Positions 1-13,900 of a DNA stretch of 64,000 nucleotides are shown here, one piece after another. The stretch comes from Bilabrum cf. latius. Taxonomy: Eukaryota. Every line of letters starts with the position of its first letter. The stretch's first letter is position 1. A program made the position numbers and the translations under genes. The DNA lies in NCBI GenBank assembly GCA_965178125.1, contig OZ237752.1, forward strand, positions 434,001 through 498,000, written 5' to 3'. A model generated the notes under the pieces. That model did no database searches. It worked only from the letters and a program-made list of their open reading frames with translations, and was not told the DNA's origin.

Positions 1-1623
1 GAGTCCGCTGGAGTCTAGTCTTGGCTCGGAGTCCCGTTCGCTGCAGATACTGCAGGCGCCAATAGGTTCCTGCCCCCCAAGCCGCGGCCAGCATGGAGCG
101 GCGTGATTGATGCTACCAAGTACGGGCCGGGGTGCCCGAGTATCCATCACAACCCGGACGTTCCGGCAGTTACCACAGAAGACTGCTTAAACGTCAATAT
201 TTATCGCCCAGCGAGTTCGAATGAGCAGCTTCCGGTAGGCCTTTTCATCTATGGCGGTTCATTTGCGGAGGGAAGCAACCAAGGCCCATTTGGGATCTAC
301 AACGGCTCTTACATGGCCGGTAAGCACGGGATTCTTGTCATCGAGGTCAACTAGTGAGTATCTTGGCGGTGCAGCTTTTGTTCTGTTTTTGTGTTTGGCA
401 ACAAATCATTGTATTTGACCCATCTGCGCTTTGTTCGCAGCCGCCTGGGCGCGCTTGGAAACGTCGTGATCGGTGAGGATGGCAGCGGCGCGGCGGGCAA
501 CATGGACCTTCTGGACCAGCGATTCTGCATGCAGTGGGTGCAGCAAAACATCCACCTGTTCGGCGGAGATCCGAACTAGGTCACCATCTGGGGCGAGAGC
601 GCAGGGGCGATGAGCGTGGGCATCCACCTCGTCTCGCCGGGCAGCCGCGGCCTATTCCGGGCCGCCATCCAGGAGAGCAACCCCGTCGGGATGATGTACA
701 GGAACACGAGCGGCGCCTCTCTGTACGGAGCCACCTTTTGCGACCTCGCGGGGTGCCAGCCGGGTGGTCCCACCGCCAAGTGCGACATGGAGTGCCTCAG
801 GGAGAAGCCGCTCGACACGATCCAGCAGGCGTGGAAGAAGGCTTCCGATGACGTGGGCGACTTTATCCTGAGCGACTGGGGACACCTGCTGGATGGAATC
901 CTGGAGGGGAAGCCCACGGTGGACGGAAAGATCGTCCCCGGCGAGCCAGTGACGCTGTTGAACGAGGGGAAAGCCGCCGACGTGCCGGTGCTCGTAGGAT
1001 CGAACGGGGCAGAGGGCGCCACATTCATCTACGCTGCGCTGGAGCAGCCGCTCGAGTGCATCTTGTACAGCCTGGCGCTAGACGTGATTCTGGGCTTCGA
1101 TGACTCCGGCATGGTGCAGAACAGGACGGACTACTCCCCCAGCATCGGGAACTTTTCCGACTGCAGGCCGCAGTTTGGGCGCGCCGTCACTGACTGGTGG
1201 TTCGGTTGCGGCCTGACGAACTTCGCGCGGGGTGCGACAGCCGCTGGCAGCCGCGCGTTCGTTTACGAGTACACCCACGTGTTCTCCGGGGCGCGCATTT
1301 TCCCCAAGTTCGGCCTTCCCGTGCAGTGCGAGACGCAGTGCTGCCACGCCCCCGAGCTGCCCTTTGTGTTCGGGAACGACGTCCCCTCGCTGAACGCGAC
1401 CTTCACTCCCAAGGAGCAGGTGCTCACGGAGCAGATGCAGGCGTACTGGGCGTCGTTCATCAAGCACATGGACCCGAACGTGGACCGCGTGTCCGGGTCT
1501 CCCCAGTGGCCCGTGTGGGACGAGCAGCACCAGTCGGTGCTTCGGCTGGACACCCCTGCCCCCACCGTGACGAACCATTCCGATCTGTGCCATTTCTGGG
1601 ATGGCGTGGGGTACGAGCACTGA
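1..1623 (+). CDS. Type-B carboxylesterase / cholinesterase-like alpha/beta hydrolase (5' partial; intron 354-440; in-frame TAG at 16 and 577)
   Basis: Motifs [16 protein letters not shown] and IYGGSF are present. NYRLG is restored by splicing GTGAGT(354)..CGCAG(440). [15 protein letters not shown] carries the nucleophile Ser, GSNGAEG the acid and CCHAPEL the His. Ends TGA 1621-1623. Confidence 0.93.
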
Positions 1624-1915
1624 ATATTGAGAGCTCGGACATTCCCCGCTCATGCTGCTTGCGTTTTGAGTGCGTTGACACACGAGTGGCGTCCTCGGGT
1701 GACGCGGCGGCAGCTCAGCGAGCTACGGGCACGGTTCCCGTCGCTGAAGCGGGCGTCGCCGCGTGGGTAGGGCTGCTGATTGCAAAACACAAGACTGATA
1801 TTAGTTAGCAAGCGATGCACGAAAGCGTCGCGCGACCGCAGGCTCGGTCCGCGGTTGCGACCGGCGGGCCGGCAATCGGTTTCGCTCAATCGAATAGGCA
1901 TTTTAGGAGCTCGAC

Positions 1916-4900
1916 ATGCAACCTGCGAGCGGTTCAGATACCATGAATTTACCCCCACTCAGAGCAATTCTTGGGGTTGGATCCTACGGCAAGTAGCGCG
2001 CATCAAAGGAGCTGTCTAAGTCCTCTCACACCTCTTTCACGGTATTTGCAGCATCTCTCCCCGGATTTTTCAGTGACACACCGGTGCATGTGAAGATTTC
2101 GAGCAGCCAAGTATCCGTAGTAGATCCTGTGAAGAGCTCGGTGAGCTGGGCTGTTTGCGTGGTTGGACAGCCCGGGGAATGGGTGGATGCCTAATTCTGC
2201 TACTCCAAGTTGCACTCTTTCACCGCAGGGGTATTTTGCCGCACCAGTTCTTGAAGTTGCTCTCAAACTGACAGACGGTTTGTCTAGGGACCGACCGCTT
2301 CTGGAGCTGGAAGGTAGCTCCGGTCGCGATCGGATCTCGGTTCGATTCGCTGCCAAGGACGATGCAGTTCATTTCTTGGCATCGGTTGCGAGGCATAAGT
2401 CTGCGCTCGTATCCGTGAATCGCGGCGACAGCGGGCAGTCTCCGGTCTTTCTGTGCCTGCGGCTCGCAGATGACGTGTTTGACGATCCATCCCTGGTCGC
2501 CGCAAGACAATCATCGCTCGTAGCATCCACCATCCGCGACATGCATGCGGACGCCATCCATTCTGAGAAGGATAGGAGCTCGTTCCAGGTTCTATAGCAT
2601 CTGATGCACTCGCAAACAGCGAGGGCGGAGCGACCGGTCCCTCCGCTGCGAATCCGGGGCGACGGCCGCTTCGCGGATGCATCGCACGGCCCTGCAGAAA
2701 GGGACCTGGAGGCAGCCCCGGACTGCCAGCCACCAGAATCAAACGCTGCTCCGCGCCCCGGCGGCGGGCAGCCGCATTCCCAGACAGGCGCCGGAGGCAC
2801 CGGCGCTGGCACAGCTGCGGGCCCGCCGGGCGACCGGCCGGGGACCCGTGCACTCCTGTCCTCTGGGGCGGCTGCAGGCCTTGCGTGGGTGCCGTACGCC
2901 ATTCGCGTGACTGCGACAGACCTTCTGGTCCTAGATTCCGTGAGAATGAGAAGCAAATGGGGTCGCGTTCTCGATCGTCCGATCTTGCCCTTTCTGTGTC
3001 CCGCAAACCCTGTGTCCCTGCTGCTTTTTCTACTTGCATGCGCCTGTAATCCGCCCTACCTCTATTTCTGCAACTCCGCTCGCTCGCAGGAAACCCTCGA
3101 GGTGCAGGACGCTATTCCCTACAGCCAGGTGCAGTCCGTGTCGTCGTTCGGGGACGCCAGCCCGCACTCGCTCGTGATTGCGCTGCAGTTCCCCAGGAGA
3201 CCCCTGCTGCTGCGATGCGCGGCAAAAGACACCCTCCTGGCACACATAGAGCGCGCGTCCTCCAAGCGGGTGCGCATTCCTCTGCTCCAGGGAACACACG
3301 AGGCGGTAAGGGCCTTATGGCAGCCGCTGCAGGGGGTACTGGGCAGGCGCAACCCTTCTGGAATGACCGGAGTCGGCGTGCCTTTGCCCTGGCCGATGGA
3401 TAGACAGCTCCGTGCGGGCGTGAGAGGGCCGGAAGAGGAGCGGAACGGCGTTGTGCCGGTGGTTGGACCGCGCTTCGAGACGCAGGTGAGCTAGACGGGG
3501 GCGGTCGCGGCGGGTACCCCTCCGGGCGGTGCGTCCACGCCCACGGTCGAGACAGAGGCAGTGATCGGTTCTCTCGACGTGCGAGCGTGGCGCGCGCACC
3601 CCATGCTGTACGATCTCACCGACCCGAAGGAATTCCCAGAAGTCGCGGGCCGAGTGGGTGGCAGCATCGTGCTGGAGATGCCGGTGTGGGCGGAAGACTC
3701 ACGAGGAAGTGCAGGTGCCACCTGGCGGCTGTGGCAGCAGCTAATGGTTGCGTCGCAGGAAGAACTGGCTCGCCTTGCGGGGGCAGAGCAGTGCTCCATG
3801 CCGCTGGTGCGGCGGGCTCGCCGGGCGTTGTTTCAGAGGTGCGTTGCCGTCTTGCCGCAAGGCAGAGCCCGCTGCTCGATCGGCGTCCATTTCGGGGCAC
3901 AGGCCGGCAGCAAGGGGCCATCGCCCACTGCAGCCACCGTGATATACGGGAGGAGCGGGCTGAATCCGCCTGCAACCGAGTACGGACACAAAGTGGAGGC
4001 AAAGGATGCAGCCGCTGTGGTCAAGCCATCCCATGTGGGTGCGGGTGCTGATGCTGGCGCAGATCCTTACTTTGCGTATTCGCCGGCCCACAGCGGCAAG
4101 GTTACCGGCCGGGCGCCCGAGGGCGGGCTATCAGAAGGAGGCATTGCTTCTTCGATCGCGTGCGGACCCGCATCATATCTCGGAGCTGAGGACGACGAGG
4201 ACGATGGGCAGCGGCATGTCGCCGCTGTTGACACCGCGGCCGGCTCTGCAAGAAGGGAACAAGGAGCAGCCGCTGCAGGAGCATTCAGCAACGGCTAGCA
4301 CAGGCTGCGGATTGGCGCGCACGAGGACCCCCGCATGCCGGTAGGATGGCGGCCCATGGTGCGCCGCACGCTTGCCTTCACGGACACCCACGTACTGGAG
4401 GTGGCCACAGTCGTCCTTGAGGCCGTTCGAGCAGGTGACCAAGCGACAAGATAGGCAGCACCGAATGGATCTCCAGGCAGGCCTTCCGCGCCCACCGCCT
4501 CACCCATGCGACGTTCGCAGAGTCACGAGTCCGATGGGGCGTGTGCCATTCGGCAGGTCATCACGTGGAGCGCCCCGCTTGCAGACGTGGATGCGGTCCG
4601 CTCCACCAGGGCCGCAGTGATGAGGCCGTCTCCATTGGCAGATGCGGCTGGCGAATCCCAGGGCATGGCGGATGGGACAGGCGCGGGGGAGACTCCAGCC
4701 GTGGGCATCCGTTCCCGGATCGAGTGCAGCCCGGCGCAGGACACGGGGCTGGCGATCCACCTGAGGGGTGGTGTCACAAGGCACTACGTGACGAGTGGTG
4801 CTGTGCCGCTGCCCCAGGCACCGGACGGCCGCACCACGTTTGTGGGCGCGGACGCTCTGCAACTGGCCGGCCTGCTGGAACGAAGCGCTCCTCGGGAGGC

Positions 4901-7900
4901 GAGTTCAAATGGAAGCGCCAACCGCGGCCCGTACAGCCGTGGCGACGCAGGAGGCTCGCCGGACACCAGCGAGGGTGACATAGGGGAGGGTGCCAGGGAC
5001 TCCGTCAGGGCCTCCCACAATCGCACGCTGCAAAACGCAGCGACGAGGCTTCGCGGCTTCATGGCATCGTGCGGCGTGCTGTCGCACGAGCTCGGAAAGT
5101 TCGGTGCCACTGGCCCCATTGCATCGTTCGCTGCCCGCACCCGGCTGCCGGTGCTACTCACCAAGACGGCTGCGACGTGCAGGCAGCTTATCGCATCGCA
5201 GTTGCTGTGCGCGAGCTCGCAACACAGGCCTGGGTCTCCCCCGCTGTCGATTAGAGCACCGCCACTCCTGACCTCGCCCGTGATCGGAGACCGCACGACA
5301 GCTTTGCAGGTTGCCACCAGGGCGGCCGGCTGGGAGGCGCTGCGATCAATCGGCCCCGACATGCCGCTCCCTGAGCTGCAGGCGCGCTTGTGGCGGTTCC
5401 TGTCATGCGTTCCAGCATGGGGTGTGACTGAGGTCCAGAATACCGCCGCAGTCGGCGCTGTTCTCAGCGTGGCCGCCACGTTAGCCGCCAGGTGGGCCGC
5501 TGGGGGTGCAGGAAGTGAATGGGCCAAGCGGCGGCCAAGCAAGCACGTGACGTATGTGGACGGATCCGAGCCTGGCATTCCCAACGCAGGCAAGGGCAAG
5601 AACGGTAAGCTTCTCATCACCATGCTGAATGGAGAGGCCGCCAGTCCAGCAGCGCTCGCAGCGGTGGGGATCGGGCAAGGGGGTTCCAGCGGCACTTTGC
5701 AGCCTGGAAGGGGCGCTGCCATGGAGGCACTGGAAGGCTCTGTGCTGGCCAGGCGACCTGGCACGCCTGCAGCTGGCACTAGTGGACGGGGCAGCAGTGT
5801 GGGTGTGGGTAATGCTTCAGGTGGCTAGGCGGGGGCTGCAGCTCGTGGAGGTGCCGGTGCTGCGGCATCGTCTTCATCGTTGTAGAGTGCTATCGCCCAG
5901 CAGGCTGTGGCACCGACCACAGGGTCTGTTGCGGACGGTTCCTCTTCGTCTGCATCGGACGTGGACAGGGACGCCAGCGGCCTGCCTCTGAGGCTGCGCT
6001 GCAGGATCGGGCTGGCGGTGAGCGGCGTGGTGGGCGAGCCAGAGCACGACGCCATCGCGGATTGCCTCGAGCTGTGCTCGCACGTCCTGACTCGACTGTG
6101 CTGGTGCAAGCAAGGCCTTGACCTGGCCAGGGCTGCGGTGACTGCGAAGCCCTCCCTTGTGCGAGCGCTGCTGCTGCCCTCGCTGCAGGCATCGTCAAGG
6201 AAGTGGTCCTCCAGGGTCGTGTCCGTGCTGGCAGCCACGGCCAACTCGCCCAAGTGGCTAGACCGGTTTACCTCCGAGTGTGCCATGGCATCAGCTGCTA
6301 CTACCGTGTACGAGACTCTAGCAAGGGCCGGCGATGCCGTCTCGAAGGTGATCGGCGGCAGCGCGCTGGCACGTACGAAGCAGTTTGCCGCTGATGTGGC
6401 TGCGTGCGACCTGCTGTCCTACCGCAGAATGATGGCGGCAATCGCAGCTGCCCGCCCGGCGGTCTCTGATGACGTCACTACTGGCGGCCCTGACTGGGTC
6501 GTATCTCCGCTGGCTTCCATTGGTCTGCTGCCGGAACACGCGTCGGGTGTGGCTGCCAGCCACCTCTTCGAGATCGCAGGTGCGACGGCGATGCAGGCAG
6601 TGACGCAAGAAATGTCCGGAGTCAGGCTTTCCTCCCTTCAGCGCGTTAAAGCAGGGGACATTGGCGCGTAGGGTACCACCGCTGGGGACGGAGCAGTCGA
6701 CGGGTATGGTGCTTGTGCACTGGGAGGAGCTGCAGACGGAACTCCAGAGTCACTCTGCGAGGCCGAGGCAGCCATCCTGTCGCAGTCCGCGGTGGCGATC
6801 TCCAAGGCCGCGGAGGATTCGTGCAAGACCCACCACGCCACGATGCGGGGTGCCTCTATGCTGGCTGGGATCGTTGATCTGCTGCAGGAGCAAGCCAGCT
6901 CGGCGCTGGTCGGCAGCAGCGACGCCATCGCTGCCGCAAGCATCCGATGCCTCTCTGCCGTCATGAACCTTGGCCAGCCCAGCAGGCGCGAGGAGCAGGC
7001 TTCCGAGCAGGGCTACAGCGCAGAGGCCCAGAGGCAGGAGCTCGGCCGCACAGTGGATGACGGCGGGGAGAGACCTGCGCTGCCGCACCCCGCGCTGGAT
7101 TCCCGCCTCTCTACAAAACAGGTAGAGGCGCAGCGACCCAAGCTGCACACGCTGGGCGAGTCCCTCTAGGAGGTCATGGAGGAAGATCCGAGGGCCAGAC
7201 CGGCCACGATTGCTGCCCACGATGAGGCGTCTGATACGGCGGGGGAAAGGCGAGGCCCGTCCGGGCTTGTAATAGGCACGTCTCGCCTCGACGGAAGCAA
7301 GGGACAGGGCGTTTCGTTGCTGAAAGACTCTCAGCGGTCCTTGTACAGCGAGCGGACGGGCCTAGATCGCAGTTGCATCCTGTCCACATCGCCAGGACTC
7401 GTTGCATTCGGCTCCGTGCACGAGCGGAGGGCCCGTACCGCGGTGTTCCAGACAGACCCGGAGATGCTCCGTGACATGGCCCTAGCATTCGCCATGTCCA
7501 CGTCCTCCAGGTACGCCTGTCCCTCCCACGCAGCCATCGTGTCGCTCTTTCGCAAGGTCTTGTTCTCCCTTCGGGAATCCACGGATGTGCTGCACTATGC
7601 AAGCCTGGCTGGGCTGACTAGCTCGTCCGCCGCTGCTGTGCATGCCGTGTCTGACGGAACCGAGACCGTCGAGATACTGAGCCTGCAGGCCCCACGGTCC
7701 TTGCGCCGGGTGGCGCGCTTCATGCGGGACCGTAATGAGCCTGCTGCCAGCAGAAAGCGCTCGTCATCATCGTTGAGGAGCGCGAGGAGACGCTTGGACA
7801 TCGGCAACTCATCAGGGGGCGGGCCTGCCGCAGGGCGGATGAATGCAGGGAGTCACCTGCCGGCGAGGGTAGAGCTGGCTCGTGTGGCTCCGCTCGGGTG

Positions 7901-10900
7901 GGTGGCTGCCACCCTGCCGCCCGCAGGGATCGGAGAGATGTCCAGCACCGACCCCGTAGCTGGGGGACTCGTCACCAGGGCCGCCGGAGATGCCGTGCTG
8001 TAGGCTGGTGATGGCAGCGAGTGGCAGTCGAATGGGTGGCTCTCCATCTCCCTCGTCATCGATGGCGCGCAGGACAGCATCGCGCAAAGCGAGCAGAAGC
8101 GGCGGGCCCAGGTCGACAGGCTGCCTGAGCTCGCCGACGGCAAGCCAGTGAGGGTTGTCAGCACGCTGCACTCGCTCGGACTGCAGATCGCTTAGGACGG
8201 GCGCGTTGCTCCAGGAGTGCTTGCGGAGTGCCAAGACGTCCTGACCGCTCTCCGGCACCGCCTCGAGATGCACGATAGGCCAGGTGGGGCCAGTTTGCTG
8301 GAGGATGTCAAGTACATCGAGCGGTCTCCTGCCGCCGTGAAGCGGAGAGCAGTGGTGCAGAGCGCCGCTGGTCGGGACGTCGCTCTGCCGGGAGTTACCG
8401 TGCCGGGCACGCTAGACGCGTGCTGGATCGTGGAGCACTCCACGCTCGGTCTGGGCTACGTGGCCGCATTGACGGAGCAGCGGCGGGCGCAGCTGCAGCG
8501 CAAGGCGAAGAGCACACACGCCGCCGGCATGAAACCTGAGCTTGAGGGCCTCGCCGAGTTGTCGGCGGGTGCGGGGCAGAGCGACTACCCCGCGGCGAGC
8601 ATCTGCCACCCCGAGGTGATCGCAAGGTGCCTCTTGTCCAGGGCTGCCGAAGACGTGCGCTGGCGGTCGGCCGCCGATGCCAAGAAGCTGGAGGGAATCG
8701 CAGCGTCCGGACTGACCGTGGCACTCTCTAAGCTGCTGGAGGACGTGAGCGGGCTGCGATCACTACTTCTACGGGCCATTACATCCCCGTCTCGATGCAA
8801 CGGCCTGCGCGTCTCGGCTTGCCGGCTGCTGCGTTCGGTGTCGGCCCAGATGCCGAGCGCGTACACGGATCTGTGGCAGGTTCTGCCGGAAGGGATGCTC
8901 CCGAACCCGTTCGTCATCACGCTTCACAGTGCCTCTGGACGCATCGTTGGGATGGAGGCAAGGGATGCCTCTCGATTGGCACCTGGCGAGCTAGCAAAAG
9001 TAGGTGGGTGGACCGGCGGCGCCGCCACGATCAGCCTGAATGCCGACTGCTGCGCGTGCTGTTCGGGAGCCGCGGTGGTGGCTCGTAAAATGGACGAGGA
9101 ATCTGCCATGCACACCGTGATTACGGCCGAGACTGCGAACCCCATTGTGGATTGGGCTTCCAGTCGGGCCAACCACACCGTGACTCATTTGGGAGTCACG
9201 CAGGACTCTGTGATCTACGGTGCTGTGCAGCTGCTGGAGTTGTGCGATGGGCTGGCGGGTCTAGCATCCGCCCGGGAAGCTGCTTCGGCTGGGCGGGCTC
9301 GGCTGGCGCTGCGTCGGCTGTCGGTCGCTGGGTCTGTCGATTCTGTCGCTGCTTCCGCAGCAGCCAACCTGACAAGTGACGGCGGCGTGTTTGCGGCCAA
9401 CGGAGGTGACGCTGACCTCTGGAACAGCCCAATAGACAGCGGCACCCTGTAGGGTCTTCTTGACTCGGTTGCGATTGACCGGCTGCTTCAGTCGAGCAAC
9501 GAGCAGAATGCGTATGGTCTCATGAGTGACCGGGCGGAGAGATGGTGGTGCGCTGTGTCGGCTGCCGTGCGCGGCTGTGTGGTGCACAGTTTCGTGCCGG
9601 GCCGTCGAGATTCAGAGATAGGGAGTTAGGGGGCGTATTCGCCGGGCGTGTCCAGACAGGGCAGCGCGATTCTCATGCAAATTGGAAGCACTCAAGCCGC
9701 GCCTCGTGGCGAAGCCGCCCTGCACCTGTGGCCGAGCCGCGCGCCCGGTGCCTCCGTGTCGTCAATGAAGGAGCGATTGCTCAGGGCATCCGCCGCGGCC
9801 GGAGCATCCTCGAGCGGATGCCTCTTAGCAGAGCCGTCCATCCAGTCGTTCGTGCTGGCCATTCAGCAGTTCGGCGCGTTCGCCTGGAGGGTGCCTCAGG
9901 ACCCTGTGGCCTACCCGAGTGCTGCGCTGGAGCTTCGCGTCGGCGCCCAGACAGCTGCGGTGTTTCTGAGAAGGATGTTTGACGGGCCGCCGCTGCCGGG
10001 TGCGTTCGCGCAAGAGGCCCAACAGGCACTGCAAGAGAAAGCAGAAAGGGGACCCACCGATATGGAGGACGAACAAGCCGTGGCGCACGCTTGCGTCGTG
10101 TCTGCCATGGCTCTCGAGCCGGTTGAAGCCACGCGGTTGCTGCCCATGCATCGACCAATCCTCCGGAAAGGCAGACACATCAACCCAGTCTCGCTCTTCC
10201 TGAACCTGTGGCTGCGCTTCCGCACAGAATTAAAGGACAGCGCCACAGTCAGACAGACTGCAGCGCAGCGGGAGCGGAGCCTGGCCATTCGATTGGCGTG
10301 TCTCCGCACGATGGAGCGCATTGCGTTTGCCATGAGGAAGCGAAAGGATGCCATGCGATAGCACTAGTTGAGCGTGCGGCTGCGCGACGTGTCTACAGCA
10401 GTCGTGACCCCACAGCTGCAGTTTGATGAGCTTGCAATGACGATTGCGATGGTGCTAGCATCCAATGGCGGGGCATGCTGCACTGGTAACCCTGAAGCGG
10501 ACGCACGGACCCTGCTTGCCGCGGTGGAGCACGGAGATGAGGGCTCGATGGGTGGCGGCAGCCATCACTCTAGCGACGGTCCAGGCGCTGTCCCTGGGGA
10601 CGACGACGAGCACAACGATCCAACCGCGACGCCGGGCCGCCATGCCGCGGCTGGGGACGAAGCAAAGGCCGGTGCCGGATCCAAGCAGGCATCCGGCGGT
10701 GCCAGGCGTTCTGGGCTCAAGGTGAGGATCGAGAACCCCGCAAGCAGCGAGCCTGTCAGTATGGGTGTTGCCAGCAGGAAAGGCAGCTCGGCACCCGTCA
10801 GTTCGGAGCACTGGTTCGAGTTGCAGAAGGTGGAAGGTCGCGCGCCCATCTCCTTGAACGAGCAGATGGAGCTGCTGTTTTAGTGGCAGGCTCTCATGAC

Positions 10901-13900
10901 AAACCCCCTTTCCGTGCGCCTGTTTGTGATGGGAGACGGTCTCAGGGCAACTGTTTCGATGTTGCAGCGAACACTGCAGGCGATCGACATGGATGTGACT
11001 CACATCGTTGGTGGAGAGCAGAGCAGAAAACGAGCCCGCCGTGCTTCGCACACGGGCGGCAAGCTCGCTAGCGTGTCGAAATGGCTGAGCGGTGACGCCC
11101 TCGAGGCCTTGAAAACGCTTGGAACGGGTGAGGACGGGGCCTTGAGCACGCTCGCTAGCTCTTCTAGAGGGAGAGGCCACAAAGGGTTTGGATTTGCTCC
11201 AGGATCCACCCGAAGTGGCGTGCAAGCGGGTGAGAGCGGGCGGTCAGGGGGCCTGCCATCGGGGCTGCTTCCCAAGCCAGCTCACCTGCAGTCCTGGCTA
11301 TTCCAGCCGCACGCGATCGATGCCTCCCTCGTTGCCAGACAGGCGCTCGACGTGCTTGGCAGGGCGGTGTCCTCGTCGTTGGCTGCAGGTGGTATGTATG
11401 AAGGGGACTCGCATGGGATGCAGGCACCCCACACGAAGCGACTGGTGCTTTCGGTGTCTCCCTCGCACGCCGCCATCCGCTATGTGACGAGTGCAGACGT
11501 GCTCGCCTTGCTGGCGAACTACCTGCTCGTGGACGACGCGGAGGTTGTGCGGAGAATCGTGGGGTTGCTCGAGCAGCTGCTGTCCGCAGCGACGTCGGCC
11601 CTGGACGCGACCGAGCTAGCCAAGTCGATCCACGCCAGCGGCATCGTGCCTGTGATGCTGCTCCGCGTGCTGGAGTGGTCCGCGCCCCCGCTCGACGAAC
11701 ACGGGCTGCCGGACGGCGAGCGGCGCACGGATCTCGCGGTGCAGGCAGTCGGCATGCTTCGATCCCTGGTGCGTGCTTGCGCTGACGGCATTGATACGGT
11801 GGCCGTCACGTTCGCAGGTATGGCAGGGAGTGGCCTTGGGAGTGATTCTACGGATGGAGGTAGCAAGCGTGAGGACGAGGACGAAGATGGCGCACATGGG
11901 GACGGTGGTGCGGCAGTTGCCGCCGAATTCGGATCGTACGCGGCGTACGCGTCTGGCACAGGCGCGGGAGCAGGCGGTTTCGCCGCTGGGTTTGGCGCGA
12001 ATACCGTGACATCCGGGCGGCGCCAGATGCCCACCACACCGGCAGCCCGCAGCTTGGCTCGCAGGCGCAGGGCAGATTACACCGGCGTGGATCGCAACAG
12101 AACCATCACGACCGAGGGCCAGCTGCAGGCCTTGGTGGAGGCACTGGAATCGCACGACGCCTCCCTCAGGCACAAAGACCCCAATAGCTAGAAGTACAGG
12201 CCCGTGCCAGACCACCTGCGGCACACGCTGGCAAGTGCCAGCCTTGGCCAGCTCCTGCTCGCCCACAGCGTATGCCAGATCAAGGCGTCTGGCGGTTGCG
12301 CTGATTTGGCGGAGGCAGTGGAGCTCCTGGCCAGCCGCCGGCACGCCCGCAAGTCGCTGCTCACTGCCCTACTGCCCATCCCCATCACCGGGCTATTCCA
12401 CGACGACGGCACGCTTGGGACGATGTCCGATACCGATCTGGTCGAGCTGCTATCGTCTAGAAGAGAGGTGTCTGGTCCTGAGCTGCAGTGGACGCCCAAC
12501 ATGCGGAGGCACGCGATGCGCCTACTGCGATCGGTGGTGAATCGATCGAAGCTGGGCAGGCAGCGGCCGAAGGGATCTAGGTGGCGCATCTACCGCCAGA
12601 CCAACGAAAAAGACGGCTTCATAGACGCAAAAACGAATGAGTGGTGGTACAAAGATGCGAGGCACGGGCCGGTGAGGTTTGTCCGGTGGCCAACTCTTCT
12701 GCGCGGTAGGCTGCCTGACGTCCTGCAGGTGCCGTACATTGCCCCTGAGCTTGGCGTGAGGGTAGACTACGGCCCCTTCCTGCGGTCTGCCAGCCGCATT
12801 GGGACCTACGACCTCAGACTCGTCGCAGCTCTCCGCAAGGACCCGAGCATTGCTTCAAAGGTGCAGCTCACTGACGATAGCTGCGACGAAGGCCCACACG
12901 GGGTCTGCAGGCCGGCTGCACCCCACGGAGTTTCCGCCGAAGGAGGATCAAGCCCGAATCGGTTGCGGCGCGGGCATCTGCGCGGCCACGGTTCGAGGCC
13001 AGCGCTGGGGGAGGATAACGCCGCGGACAGAATGAGGCCGAGGCCGCGGCCCCCGTGCCCAAGGATCTCTGCAGCTGCGGCGCAGTCGCTGCTCCGCGTG
13101 GACAATCCCGCAGCCCTCACAGCAGATCTGCTTCAGAGGCTTAGGTTCGAGCTGGCGTCATCCAGGGGTGGATTCCGTGACACATTTGCCCATCTTCACG
13201 TGGCGGAGGAGGAGGAGGGTGCGGCAAGATAGACCTTGGCTGCGTTGCGCAGGAAGCACACCTCGCCTAACCTTGCCGAGCACCTGACGCATCAGCGGGC
13301 AGCAGAGTCTGTGGCCAGGCAAGCCAGGGCTGACGGCATCGTGGGCAAAGTGGACCCATCGTCCTCGAGCTCGCTGTCTCTCGTGCCTCGCCGCGCCAAG
13401 CTGCTGGTGCTGGCCCTGCTGCAGCTGATACGGCGGTGCTGTGACACGGAGGCGATGGGGGAGAGGGCTCGTGCCGAGGCCGAAGATGCAGTGAGCCCAG
13501 TGATAGCGGCACGGGCATCGTCCAACGGTAGGTCGAATGGTTCAGGCGATGCCACGACCAGCGGGGAAGCTGGTGGACCGGCGAGCGGAGCAGGATCTGG
13601 TGGGATTGTGGCCCCGTCCAGACCAGTCGCGCCGAGTGTGATCCCGCATGAAAATCACCGCGACATGCCGCCCCTTCTTTCTGCAGACCCGACGTACAAC
13701 GACAACGACGGCGGCGGTATTTCTCACACGGACAGGCACACGGGCCTGGTCAGCGTTGATGCGTCTTCAGCAAGAGCCAGCCGGACCATGTACCAGCAGA
13801 ATGAAACGGTCCGTCAGCTGAGCGTGGATTCCGCCGATGCGCTTCTGCTGCTGGCAGACTATGCTATGGCTATTCACGACGGTGGGCTTGCTAATGCCAT

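Noticed and set aside
352-354. Apparent in-frame TAG ending the first esterase ORF
   Set aside because: It is TA|GTGAGT, a phase-2 intron donor. Splicing to 441 restores TAC in NYRLG, so it is not counted as a recoded codon.
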